A stretch of DNA of 41,748 bases from Deltaproteobacteria bacterium (GTDB lineage Bacteria > Desulfobacterota > JADFXK01), in NCBI GenBank assembly GCA_015233055.1, contig JADFYN010000003.1:1-41748 (forward strand). Reading direction: 5' to 3'. The position numbers and the translations under genes were made by a program. Each line of letters begins with the position of its first letter. The stretch's first letter is position 1. The notes below the pieces were generated by a model. It searched no databases. It worked only from the letters and a program-made list of their open reading frames with translations, and was not told the origin of the DNA. Below are positions 26,980-36,185 of the stretch, piece by piece.

Positions 26980-27327
26980 TTAGGCGACAACATCCACCAT
27001 CTGCCCCTTTTGGTTGCGGGTCTGCCGGGCCATTTCAGCACTGCAGGCGATATACGCCGTGGCATAGTCTCTGAGCTTTACAGCATAATCCGTCCGTCGA
27101 ATGACGATGTTTGTGTGATCCGGATCCAATATATGGTCCAGTTCCTCAAACGCCCGTGACGGCCGGTGGGACAACTGGAGCACCCCGAGGGGTGAGGCCA
27201 TCAGATATTGCTCGGTGAGGCTGAGCGGGGGGACCACGCGATCGAGTAGCCGGAGATCGGGCTTGGACTGACTGCCGATTAGCGAAGCATATACATTTTG
27301 GCTGTTAGTTAATGCGGTTATAGACAT
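26980..27327 (-). CDS. Hypothetical protein (115 aa)
   Basis: Strong RBS GGAGGAG and C-terminal KGQMVDVVA motif. Confidence 0.7.
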   Translation of the reverse strand: MSITALTNSQNVYASLIGSQSKPDLRLLDRVVPPLSLTEQYLMASPLGVLQLSHRPSRAFEELDHILDPDHTNIVIRRTDYAVKLRDYATAYIACSAEMARQTRNQKGQMVDVVA

Positions 27328-27641
27328 TTAACGACTCCTCCGAACATTCTTCTACCATCCCTGGAGTCGTATTTTCGGTCCTGCCTTGGGCCGTTAACCT
27401 GCCTTAGAGACTTGCTCTAATCCTTTCGTTTAGACGTGACGTGGTGATAACCGCCTGAATCGTCCTTTTGGGTTTTACTTTACCACAAGGCCATCTCGGT
27501 TTCACCAATTTTTTTTATCCTCCGGTTCACCGCGGCTTAAATCGGTTAACCAGTTCAAGAGAGAGGGGAAGACGCCTTGGTCAACATTAAGTCCGCTTTC
27601 GTCTCGGTCTATTAAAATTTGTTTCACGTTGCCTTTTTTAA

Positions 27642-27670
27642 TTGACAAAGCCCTGGGGGTGTCCTATATT
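27642..27670 (+). promoter_or_regulatory. Sigma70-type promoter upstream of dsrA
   Basis: TTGACA-17-TATATT, near consensus, 285 nt before the dsrA ATG. Confidence 0.7.
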
Positions 27671-27955
27671 GTCATCTATTTACGTGGGCAGGTCCCATAT
27701 ATTTGATTTACCTTAATAAATTTTGAATTTTAGCCGTTTTGGACGGATATTCGGGAGATGCCCGAAGGCCGGGAGGAATCCAGATAGGTTCGGTCAAAAC
27801 GGTTCATTCTGAAGTATTTTGCAAGATATTAAGTTAGGAATGGTATATTGGCCTTGGATGAGGTTATTGAGTGAAAAATACGGGCCTTGAAGGTTATTGG
27901 TCACCGGTTTCACCATCCATAACACGTCAGTGTAAGACACATTAAGGAGGAAGGA

Positions 27956-29371
27956 ATGCCAGTAGGACCAGTTGAACAAAAAAAACTAAACTACCAGGAG
28001 TTGAGGATCTACTCAGATGCGGAACTCCACAATTACACGGAAGAGGAGCTGAAGAGCTTTAAAGTTAAGCACGCCACCCCCATTTGCGATGATTACGAAA
28101 AGGGTCCCTGGCCGAGCTTTATTTCCGACGCCAAGCGGGCGGCTCTCCATCGTCATAAGCTCCCCAAAGAAAAGTTGATGCTTTCCCCGGACGTTATCGA
28201 CGACTTTCTGGGTCAGCTTGAACTTTCTTACAAAGAGGGTGAAGGTCACTGGAAACACGGCGGTATCGTGGGCGTGTTCGGTTACGGCGGCGGCGTTATC
28301 GGCCGTTACTCCGATCTGCAGCAAGAATTTCCGGGTATCGCCCATTTTCATACCGTCCGCGTCAATCAACCCGGCAGCAAGTTTTATGACACCGATTTCC
28401 TGCGGACTATCTGCGACTTGTGGGAATTCCGGGGCAGCGGCTTGATGAACCTGCACGGCTCCACCGGCGACTTGGTTCTCTTGGGGACGACTACCGACCA
28501 ATTAGAACCGATTTTCTATGAGCTGACCCACAGCATGGAACAAGACTTGGGCGGATCAGGCTCCAACTTGCGTTCCCCCTCTTGCTGTATCGGCCGGGCT
28601 CGCTGTGAATGGGCTTGCTACGACACGCAGGATCTGTGCTACCAGTTGACCATGAATTACCAGGACGAACTTCACCGTCCGGCTTTCCCTTACAAATTCA
28701 AATTTAAGTTTGACGGCTGCCCCACCGGTTGTGTGGCCTCCATCGCCCGGTCCGACATGTCATACATCGGGACCTGGAGAGACAACATCCGCATCGACCA
28801 GAAGGCCGTCCTGGCTTATGTGAACAATGAAATTCCCCGGAACGGCGGCGCCTTGACCGGTCGTGACTGGGGCAAGTTCGACATCCAAAAAGAAATCATC
28901 AATCTCTGCCCCACCGAGTGCATGTTCTTCGACGGCAAGACCCTGTCCATCAACGACAAAGAATGCAACCGCTGTATGCACTGCATTCACGCCATGCCCC
29001 GGGCCCTCCGGCCTGGTGTCGACACCGGTCTGAGCGTCCTCTTCGGCGCCAAAGCTCCGATTTTGGAAGGCGCCCAGATGGCCACCTTGACAGTGCCCTT
29101 CATGAAAATCGAATCACCCTACGACAACGTCAAGGAACTGGTGGAGAAGGTTTGGGAATACTGGATGGAAGAAGGGAAGAACAGAGAACGCTTAGGCGAA
29201 ATGATCCAACGGATCGGCATCCCCACTTTCATCGAAGCCATTGGTATCAGGGCGATCCCACAAATAGTTAAAGAACCGCGGTCCAACCCGTACATCTTCT
29301 GGAAAGAAGAAGAAGTACCCGGCGGATGGTCTAGAACGATTGAAGAATACAGGTCCAGACATAAGAGATAG
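27956..29371 (+). CDS. dsrA: Dissimilatory sulfite reductase alpha subunit
   Basis: [27 protein letters not shown], siroheme-[4Fe-4S] ligands CIGRARC and CPTGC, ferredoxin motif CNRCMHC. Confidence 0.99.
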   Translation: MPVGPVEQKKLNYQELRIYSDAELHNYTEEELKSFKVKHATPICDDYEKGPWPSFISDAKRAALHRHKLPKEKLMLSPDVIDDFLGQLELSYKEGEGHWKHGGIVGVFGYGGGVIGRYSDLQQEFPGIAHFHTVRVNQPGSKFYDTDFLRTICDLWEFRGSGLMNLHGSTGDLVLLGTTTDQLEPIFYELTHSMEQDLGGSGSNLRSPSCCIGRARCEWACYDTQDLCYQLTMNYQDELHRPAFPYKFKFKFDGCPTGCVASIARSDMSYIGTWRDNIRIDQKAVLAYVNNEIPRNGGALTGRDWGKFDIQKEIINLCPTECMFFDGKTLSINDKECNRCMHCIHAMPRALRPGVDTGLSVLFGAKAPILEGAQMATLTVPFMKIESPYDNVKELVEKVWEYWMEEGKNRERLGEMIQRIGIPTFIEAIGIRAIPQIVKEPRSNPYIFWKEEEVPGGWSRTIEEYRSRHKR

Positions 29372-29382
29372 GAGGTCTACCA

Positions 29383-30570
29383 ATGTCAATGTCGTTAGAG
29401 AAGCTTGGCCTTTACAATCCAGACAAGCCAATGGAAAACCGCATTACGGATATCGGGCCGCGTCACTTTTATCAGTACTTTCCAGAAGTAATCAAAAGAA
29501 ACTATGGCAAGTGGCTGTATCACGAAATCATTAAGCCCGGCGTCCATGTCCATGTCTCCGAATCCGGCGAAAAATGCTTCACCGTCCGCGTTGGCGGCTC
29601 CCGGTTCATGAGCGTGGAACACGTTCGGGAAATCTGTGATATCGCCGACAAACATTGCGACGGCAAAGTGCGCTTCACCACCCGGAACAACATTGAATTC
29701 ATGGTTGATGACGCCGCTAAAGTCGACGCGCTGGTAACCGACCTGGAAAGCCGCAAACATCCCGGCGGTTCCTTTAAGTTCCCGGTAGGCGGCACCGGCT
29801 TCGGCGTAACCAATATCGTCCATACCCAAGGCTTCATCCACTGCCACACCCCGGCGACCGATGCCTCCGGTATGGTCAAGGCCGTGATGGATTACCTGTT
29901 TGACTACTTCAAAACCATGACCCTGCCGGCTAAGGTCCGGGTGTCCATGGCCTGCTGCTTGAATATGTGCGGCGCGGTCCACTGCTCCGACATCGCCCTG
30001 CTGGGTTATCACAGGAAGCCACCGGTTATCGACCACGAGGTCCTGCAGAACCTGTGCGAAATCCCCCTGGCCATTTCCGCTTGCCCCACCGGCGCCGTCT
30101 CTCCGGCAAAGACCGAATCGGGCAAGAAAACGGTCAAGATCAAGAATGAAAAGTGTATGTTCTGCGGTAACTGCTACACCATGTGTCAATGTCTGCCCTT
30201 GGCTGATGCCGAAGGTGACGGCGTGACCATTCTGGTTGGCGGCAAGATATCCAACAGAATTAGTGAACCCAAGTTCTCCAAGGTGGTCATTCCCTTCCTG
30301 CCCAATGAATTCCCCAGATTTGAGCAGACCTGCCAGGCTGTGGCCAAGATCATCGAAGTCTACGCCAAAGACGCCAATATGTATGAACGCCTTGGCGACT
30401 GGGCCGAGAGAATCGGTTGGGAAAAATTCTTTGAGAAAACCGGGATTGAGTTCTCTGAAAAATGTATCGATGACTACCGGCTCTCATATGACACCTTTAG
30501 AACATCGACTCAATTTAAGTTTACTGAACCAGCCTGGGAAGCATCACGGCAGGCGGGCGGAATCGAATAG
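29383..30570 (+). CDS. dsrB: Dissimilatory sulfite reductase beta subunit
   Basis: [32 protein letters not shown] and [11 protein letters not shown]. Confidence 0.99.
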   Translation: MSMSLEKLGLYNPDKPMENRITDIGPRHFYQYFPEVIKRNYGKWLYHEIIKPGVHVHVSESGEKCFTVRVGGSRFMSVEHVREICDIADKHCDGKVRFTTRNNIEFMVDDAAKVDALVTDLESRKHPGGSFKFPVGGTGFGVTNIVHTQGFIHCHTPATDASGMVKAVMDYLFDYFKTMTLPAKVRVSMACCLNMCGAVHCSDIALLGYHRKPPVIDHEVLQNLCEIPLAISACPTGAVSPAKTESGKKTVKIKNEKCMFCGNCYTMCQCLPLADAEGDGVTILVGGKISNRISEPKFSKVVIPFLPNEFPRFEQTCQAVAKIIEVYAKDANMYERLGDWAERIGWEKFFEKTGIEFSEKCIDDYRLSYDTFRTSTQFKFTEPAWEASRQAGGIE

Positions 30571-30599
30571 TTTCCGCGGATCTGTAAAGGAGCAGTCGC

Positions 30600-30839
30600 A
30601 TGGCCACAACCGCTGATCTAAAAAAGATCATCTTGGAATTTGCCGAAAGCTACAAAAAAAGCAAGTTCTATTTTAATGACATGGTTCACGAGGTGCAGAA
30701 GACCGTTCCCGATGCCAAACAAAGGGACATCAAAAAGGCGTCAACCGAGTTGGTCAATGAAGGCGTGCTGATCTTCTTCTCCACCGGCAGCACCACGATG
30801 TACGGATTAAAAGGCCGGGGTATCACCAACGACGAATGA
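30600..30839 (+). CDS. dsrD: Dissimilatory sulfite reduction protein DsrD
   Basis: KSKFYFND and FFSTGSTTMYGLKG motifs, directly after dsrB. Confidence 0.96.
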   Translation: MATTADLKKIILEFAESYKKSKFYFNDMVHEVQKTVPDAKQRDIKKASTELVNEGVLIFFSTGSTTMYGLKGRGITNDE

Positions 30840-30880
30840 TCGATGTCTGAGGCAGTCCCCCCCGTAAGTTAGACCCAAAA

Positions 30881-30913
30881 GGAGTCGCCGGTTATGCCGG
30901 CGGCTTCTTTTTT
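30881..30913 (+). terminator. Rho-independent terminator after dsrD
   Basis: Stem ggagtcgccgg / ccggcggcttct with a 5 nt loop, followed by a T tract. Confidence 0.85.
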
Positions 30914-30969
30914 CAATATCAAGCCTTGCCGACGCATTTTTTTCTCATTATGTAATGGAGATGAAAAAA

Positions 30970-31173
30970 ATGGGACGATTTCAGGAACGAATTGAGTCCC
31001 GCCAAGACATCATACTGGGAAAGCCGGTGATTAAAGGAACCCGAATTCCAGTATCACTCATCCTCCGTAAGCTGGGGGAGGGGTCAAGTATTGAGGATAT
31101 CCTTGATGGTTATTCCAAGTTGACCATAGAGGATATCCATGCAGCCCTCCTCTATGGCAGCGAGAATTCGTAA
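30970..31173 (+). CDS. DUF433-family protein (putative antitoxin)
   Basis: GKPVIKGTRIPV...Y..LTIEDIHAALLY. Start could also be 30955 or 30961. Confidence 0.88.
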   Translation: MGRFQERIESRQDIILGKPVIKGTRIPVSLILRKLGEGSSIEDILDGYSKLTIEDIHAALLYGSENS

Positions 31174-31251
31174 AAAAATAAATAACTGGATGACAACACC
31201 CTCTCTTTCAAAAGGAGAGGTCTGATCAACTGACCACCTCGTGAGGGACCC

Positions 31252-31878
31252 ATGAAGGAACCACAAGACGCTGAGGATTTTATTGCCGAACAGAAGCAAC
31301 TGCTTAGAGAAGAGCCCCAATGTGCCAATGCCTACTATAACATCGGCGTCACCTTAATGCAGGAAGGCAAGTTTGACGAGGCTATTGATGCCTTTAATAA
31401 CGCCATAGACAACAGCCAGCGGATGTTTGAAGCTTACGTTAACTTGGGGTTTATCTTTTTCAAACTCGGCGAGCTGGAAAAGGTGGTCCAGGCCAATCTG
31501 CGGGCCGTGGAAATTGAACCCCGCTACGCTCGAGGTTATGCCAACCTCGGTTTTGCCTATTTGGAACTGGCCAGAACTGATGAAGCCATCGGCGCCTTGA
31601 AAAAGGCCTTGACTCTCAATGATCGGATTGTTCAAGCCTGGAATAACCTGGCCAATGCCTACATGCAGAAGGGAGACCTGGCCAAGGCGATTCAAACGGG
31701 CCTGAATTTGGTTGAGCTGGCCCCTGAATTCGGACTGGGTCACAACAACCTGGCTGCGGCCTACTATTACAACGGTGATTATGAAAAAGCCATTGAACAT
31801 TGCGACCGGGCCATCAAGCTCGGCTTCGACGTCCACCCCCAATTTAAAGAGGAACTAGAGCCGCATCGTGGAAAATGA
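31252..31878 (+). CDS. Tetratricopeptide repeat protein
   Basis: About five tandem TPR motifs (AYYNIG, AYVNLG, GYANLG, AWNNLA, GHNNLA). Confidence 0.92.
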   Translation: MKEPQDAEDFIAEQKQLLREEPQCANAYYNIGVTLMQEGKFDEAIDAFNNAIDNSQRMFEAYVNLGFIFFKLGELEKVVQANLRAVEIEPRYARGYANLGFAYLELARTDEAIGALKKALTLNDRIVQAWNNLANAYMQKGDLAKAIQTGLNLVELAPEFGLGHNNLAAAYYYNGDYEKAIEHCDRAIKLGFDVHPQFKEELEPHRGK

Positions 31879-32506
31879 AATCAATCAAATTTGGGATGAA
31901 TATCGCCAGTTGACCGCCCAGGCCGACTCGGCTTTTGCCAAGGTTTGTGGAGACTATCCAGAGTTCGTGACATGCCGGGCCCATTGCTCCGACTGCTGCC
32001 GGGCTGTATTTGGTGTGTTTCTCGTTGAGGCCGTAAACATAGCCGAACATTTCAGCCAATTGCCTCCGGAAGAACAACGGCAGGCCTTGATCCGGGCGAA
32101 ACGGGCTGATGAAGAGACCGCCCGGATAAAGAAAAAGATTACAATTGATCCGGATGATCCCGATAAATACTCCCTGGACCTGGCCAACGAACGATTAGAT
32201 TGCCCGTTGCTGAACGACAACCAGGAATGTATTATCTACGAGAACCGGCCCATCACCTGTCGGTCCTACGGTATTCCGGTAAAGATCCGTGGTAAATTGC
32301 ATGCTTGTTTTAGAAATGGGTTCATGGAGGGCCAGACTTATCCCTATTTCAACATGGACGGAGCCTATCAACGGCTTCACCTGATGACCCAGAAGATGAT
32401 GAAGCTGGCCGGAAATAAAGATGTAGAAAACGCTTCCTTGCTCATTACCGTGTCTATGGCCATCAGTACCCCCACTAAAGATTTGTTAACCGCCGATTTC
32501 ATCTGA
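31868..32506 (+). CDS. YkgJ-family cysteine cluster (Zn/Fe-chelating) protein
   Basis: CRAHCSDCC, CPLL...C.IYENRPITCR. GTG start overlapping the TPR gene by 11 nt. Confidence 0.9.
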   Translation: MENEINQIWDEYRQLTAQADSAFAKVCGDYPEFVTCRAHCSDCCRAVFGVFLVEAVNIAEHFSQLPPEEQRQALIRAKRADEETARIKKKITIDPDDPDKYSLDLANERLDCPLLNDNQECIIYENRPITCRSYGIPVKIRGKLHACFRNGFMEGQTYPYFNMDGAYQRLHLMTQKMMKLAGNKDVENASLLITVSMAISTPTKDLLTADFI

Positions 32507-32647
32507 GCCGGTCATATGGATAAAACCAGACCGGTTTTCATATCAGCGCATCCTCTTTTCCACGGCCGTCACTACGGCCTCAAGAATGGAAAGTTAATCA
32601 GTAAACGGCCTACGACTGGGAAAAAATAAAAGAAAGCACCGATATAA

Positions 32648-32836
32648 CCTGAGTTCGATGAGTTCGCTAATCTATTGGAAAGCGACGGTTGACAGGGCAT
32701 GATTTAATCCACAGATTGCGCGCTTCGCTCAGACACAAAAAGACGAATGATCGCATATGCCTGTGGGTTTCCCTCATCTGCGTTCATCTGCGGATACATT
32801 TCTTTCTTCCAATTAATAAAACTCATCGAACTCAGG
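32648..32836. mobile_element. Complete 189 bp MITE with CCTGAGTTCGATGAGTT terminal inverted repeats
   Basis: Perfect 17 bp TIRs at 32648-32664 and 32820-32836, internal atcc(a)cagat.../...atctgcggat arms, and three partial homologs in the window. Confidence 0.82.
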
Positions 32837-32932
32837 CACAATAAAGATTGATTGAAAGCCTTTCTTGTTGCTTCTTGTCCCGTGCATGGATGATCACTTG
32901 CCACTGAATAGAAAGTATGGAGAGGAATTAAT

Positions 32933-34293
32933 ATGGGCGAAATAGAACTTTATGATGTGATTATTGTTGGCGGCGGTCCTGCCGGGCTGGCCGTCGGTTC
33001 GGAGCTTTCATACCACCATAAGGTATTGCTTATAGACAAGGATGTGATAGGCAGGACGACTAAAAGCTGGTTTGTACCGCTTGATGTGGTGGATGAAAAA
33101 GTGATGCCCTATTCATACACCGGCGTTACCAGGTTCATGACTGAAACGTTCGGCGGCGCTAATGTTTCCTGGAGAGCTGAATTATTTGACCGCTATCCCT
33201 ACATCAATGAGAAGACCCTGCTCCCCCATTGGCTGGAGGTCTTGCAAAACAACGGCTCCGAAGTTATCAACCAATGCGCTTATGTCGATAGCACCGTCAA
33301 AGACGGAATTGTCACCGTAGAGACGGCCACAGGCCGTTTCCGATCCAGACTATTGATCGACGCCTCCGGCTACGATTCACCGATCATCCAAAAATACAAA
33401 ATTAATCGCGTCCACGACTATTGGTGGTCCGTTTTCGGCAGCATCGGTGACATCCCAACGGCTTGAACGGCATGGAAGTCGGCGACTATATGATGTGGCA
33501 GACATTCAAGGATACCAATGTGGATCCTTCCGCCTCGATGGCCCGAGGAAGGCCTGTTTTTGAATACGAAATATTAAATGAAAACACTTCGTTTTCGTTT
33601 GTCTTCTTTCTGTGCAAAGAACGCATCGCTCGCGAGGTGATGGAAAAAGAGTACATGACCGTCATCCGTGACGAACCCGCCACTTCCAATTTCCATGAGT
33701 TGCAAATCAAGGAGTTGAAATACGGGTGGTATCCTTCCGGCGCATTGTCGCAACAGCTCGCTGAAGATAATGTTGTTTTTATCGGCGACGCCGCTTGCTG
33801 GACTACGCCCTGTGGCTGGGGGATGACCTTCATTCTAAGGAACTACCGAGATTTCTCCAGCCAGATAAGCAAGCTGCTGGTGGACAACAAACTTGACAAG
33901 AAAAGCCTGCTCTCAGCGCCCCATTATAAGACGCATGAAGAATATGAAATACTTCTGGACACCATTGTCACCCATTTTCTGTCTAATGCCACGGCCCCTG
34001 AACTGGACAGGTTTATTAACCTATTCAACAAGATCCCCAAGATACTGTGCGAGAAAGTCTTCACCCTGACTATCACCCGAGATGAAGTTCACGTTATGCT
34101 GAAAGCCATGCTGACGGAATTCAAGCCGATGGAGTTGGTGCATATTCTGCCGAAAGAGGACTATTTGCTGGTAGTCGAAGAGGCTAAATACTTCGCTGAG
34201 GATGCTTTAGTTGATGAAATGCACAAAGTTATTGGTTTCTTTCACAAAAAAAAGTCAGATTCGGACATGAACAACGGATTTGACTTTAGTTGA
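32933..34293 (+). pseudogene. FAD-dependent oxidoreductase (geranylgeranyl reductase / lycopene cyclase-like) split by a frameshift near 33450
   Basis: The first ORF has Rossmann GGGPAG and IDASG, the second has IGDAA. The second frame opens only at 33451, so one added base restores a single ~453 aa protein. Confidence 0.8.
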
Positions 34294-34312
34294 ATTGGCG
34301 TTGCGCATTATA

Positions 34313-34565
34313 GACCTTGCAACCCTTATAACTTTATGGCATTGCCTACACAACTACCACAAAAACCTGTCTGGCTTGCACCTGCCTGATATAATATGCC
34401 CTTTATGAGTCTGTCCGGACCTCGTTAGTGACAAATATGTTAACCATATTAGTATGTTGAAAAATTAACGAAGAACATCACCCCGCCGAAGCCGATGCCC
34501 GGAACGCCTTGAAAATCTGGTCCCCCATTTTGGTCGAAATGACGTTAAAAGACTTTTGCAAGGAC
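34313..34565. mobile_element. Degraded MITE-like element with a decayed REP doublet
   Basis: gaccttgcaa (34313) / ttgcaaggac (34556-34565) inverted ends, 9/10 match. 34476-34544 resembles a decayed CGTCACCCCGGCGAAGGCCGGGGTCCAG...CTGGATTCCGGC-type REP pair. Confidence 0.35.
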
Positions 34566-35115
34566 AATGACCGCTGGAGTCGGGTTACCAGGGCAAATGG
34601 CGGGGAGTAATTCATCCCGCGTTTATCAAATCTGCACATGATGTCTGTGCAAATATGATATAAATTGATTCTTCGACCTCCCCCTAGTGATTTAGGTGCT
34701 GAAATTTAAGTAGCTTTTTTCAGACACCACCTGGCCCTAAATTTGCTCTAAAATCAGACAACCTATGCCCGGGCCAAAACTTCGGGCTAAAATATGATAG
34801 GTTGTATTAGTTAATTATTAAGTAACGCTCCCACCAATACATCTATCATGATGAGAAGACGATTTTTTTCTATAATATCTGTTAGACAGGGCATCTCGAA
34901 GCGAGTCCCGCCCACAGCGGAAGATACATTTTTATTAATAAAAGATAGGAATAACAGAACGAAATATTGAGCGCCAAAAATCGTAGAGGTGATAGCTATC
35001 GAATATAAGAACTAATTTATTGACCATCTTTCACTATTGGTCCCATACCTATATTTCGGGCTATCTTTGTGCTCTGACTTGGATTGGTGGCAAAAAGATT
35101 TTTGAGGAGCTTCAA

Positions 35116-36174
35116 ATGAGTAAGCTGACTTTCAAACAGACTGATACATTGGGTGAACCCCAAGAAAAAGTATCGGAAGACAGAATCAAGATCATTATTG
35201 CCGACGATGAACAAGAGGTGCACGCGGTTACCCGCTTCGCTCTGAAAGATTACCAGTATAAAGGCAAGAAACTCGAATTTCTGAGTGCCTATTCAGGAGA
35301 AGGAGCCAAGCAATTGCTCCGGGATAATCCCGGCGCGTCCCTGATATTGCTCGACATCGTCATGGAGAAAGATGACTCCGGTTTGGACGTGGCCGAATTT
35401 ATTCGTGAAGATCTTCATAACAATTTGATCCGAATAATCCTGCGCACCGGTCAACCGGGCATGGCGCCCGAAGAAGAAGTGATATACAAATACGACATCA
35501 ATGATTACAAAGAAAAAACCGAACTGACGAGCAGGAAGTTCAGGACGGCTATGACCATGGCTCTACGGTCATATGCCGAAATTGTCACCATAGAATCGTT
35601 TCGGATCATTCTCGAGCAGGAGGTGCAGGCGCGCACGGCTGAATTACAGCAGAAAAACAGTGAATTAGAGAGGCTAAACAAGGAACTTGAGCGCCATGCG
35701 ACCAGAGATGCGCTGACCGGCGCACATAATAGAATGAAGTTTGATACTATCCTGGAAGCCGAAATCCAGCGATGTAAAAGATATAACCACTCCGTCTCAT
35801 TAGCCATGCTTGATATTGACTATTTTAAGCAGATCAATGACCGGCACGGACATGCGGCAGGTGATTCCGCCCTGCGGGAGATCGTGGCGCTGATTTCGGG
35901 GCAGATCAGGGCGTGCGATGTCCTGGCCAGATGGGGCGGTGAGGAATTTATGATTTTGTTTCCGGAAACCACGCTTGAGGCCACGCGCGTTGCATCAGAA
36001 AAGCTAAGGCAAGAGATTGAGGACTATCACTTCGATAAAGTAGGGAAAATGACTTGTAGCTTTGGTGTCACCCAGTTGTTGCATGATGACGATTTTGAAA
36101 GCTTGAACAAGAGAGTTGACGATTCCTTATATGAGGCCAAAAGAACCGGCAGAAACAAAGTCATCTGTAAGTAG
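35116..36174 (+). CDS. Response regulator diguanylate cyclase (REC-coiled coil-GGDEF), 352 aa
   Basis: IADDE, LLDIVME and RTGQPG receiver motifs. DIDYFKQIND, I-site RACD and active GGEEF. RBS GAGGAG before the ATG at 35116. Confidence 0.94.
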   Translation: MSKLTFKQTDTLGEPQEKVSEDRIKIIIADDEQEVHAVTRFALKDYQYKGKKLEFLSAYSGEGAKQLLRDNPGASLILLDIVMEKDDSGLDVAEFIREDLHNNLIRIILRTGQPGMAPEEEVIYKYDINDYKEKTELTSRKFRTAMTMALRSYAEIVTIESFRIILEQEVQARTAELQQKNSELERLNKELERHATRDALTGAHNRMKFDTILEAEIQRCKRYNHSVSLAMLDIDYFKQINDRHGHAAGDSALREIVALISGQIRACDVLARWGGEEFMILFPETTLEATRVASEKLRQEIEDYHFDKVGKMTCSFGVTQLLHDDDFESLNKRVDDSLYEAKRTGRNKVICK

Positions 36175-36185
36175 AAAGTGAAGAC

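Noticed and set aside
27370-27400. Sigma28 promoter for the 115 aa gene
   Set aside because: The spacing between TAAC and ACCGAAAA is 13 bp rather than about 15.
27898-27915. Rex operator upstream of dsrA (tggtcaccggtttcacca)
   Set aside because: Four mismatches to TTGTGAA-N4-TTCACAA and a GC-rich centre. Too weak to call.
29395-30189. 264 aa minus-strand ORF
   Set aside because: Antisense shadow of the codon-biased dsrB.
30848-30876. IS3-like terminal repeat remnant (cccccccgtaagttagacc) after dsrD
   Set aside because: Only a loose resemblance, with no partner end or transposase.
32704-32904. 66 aa minus-strand ORF as a functional gene
   Set aside because: It runs across a MITE boundary. 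Only a 14-codon relic looks gene-derived, and a sister copy has a stop codon there.
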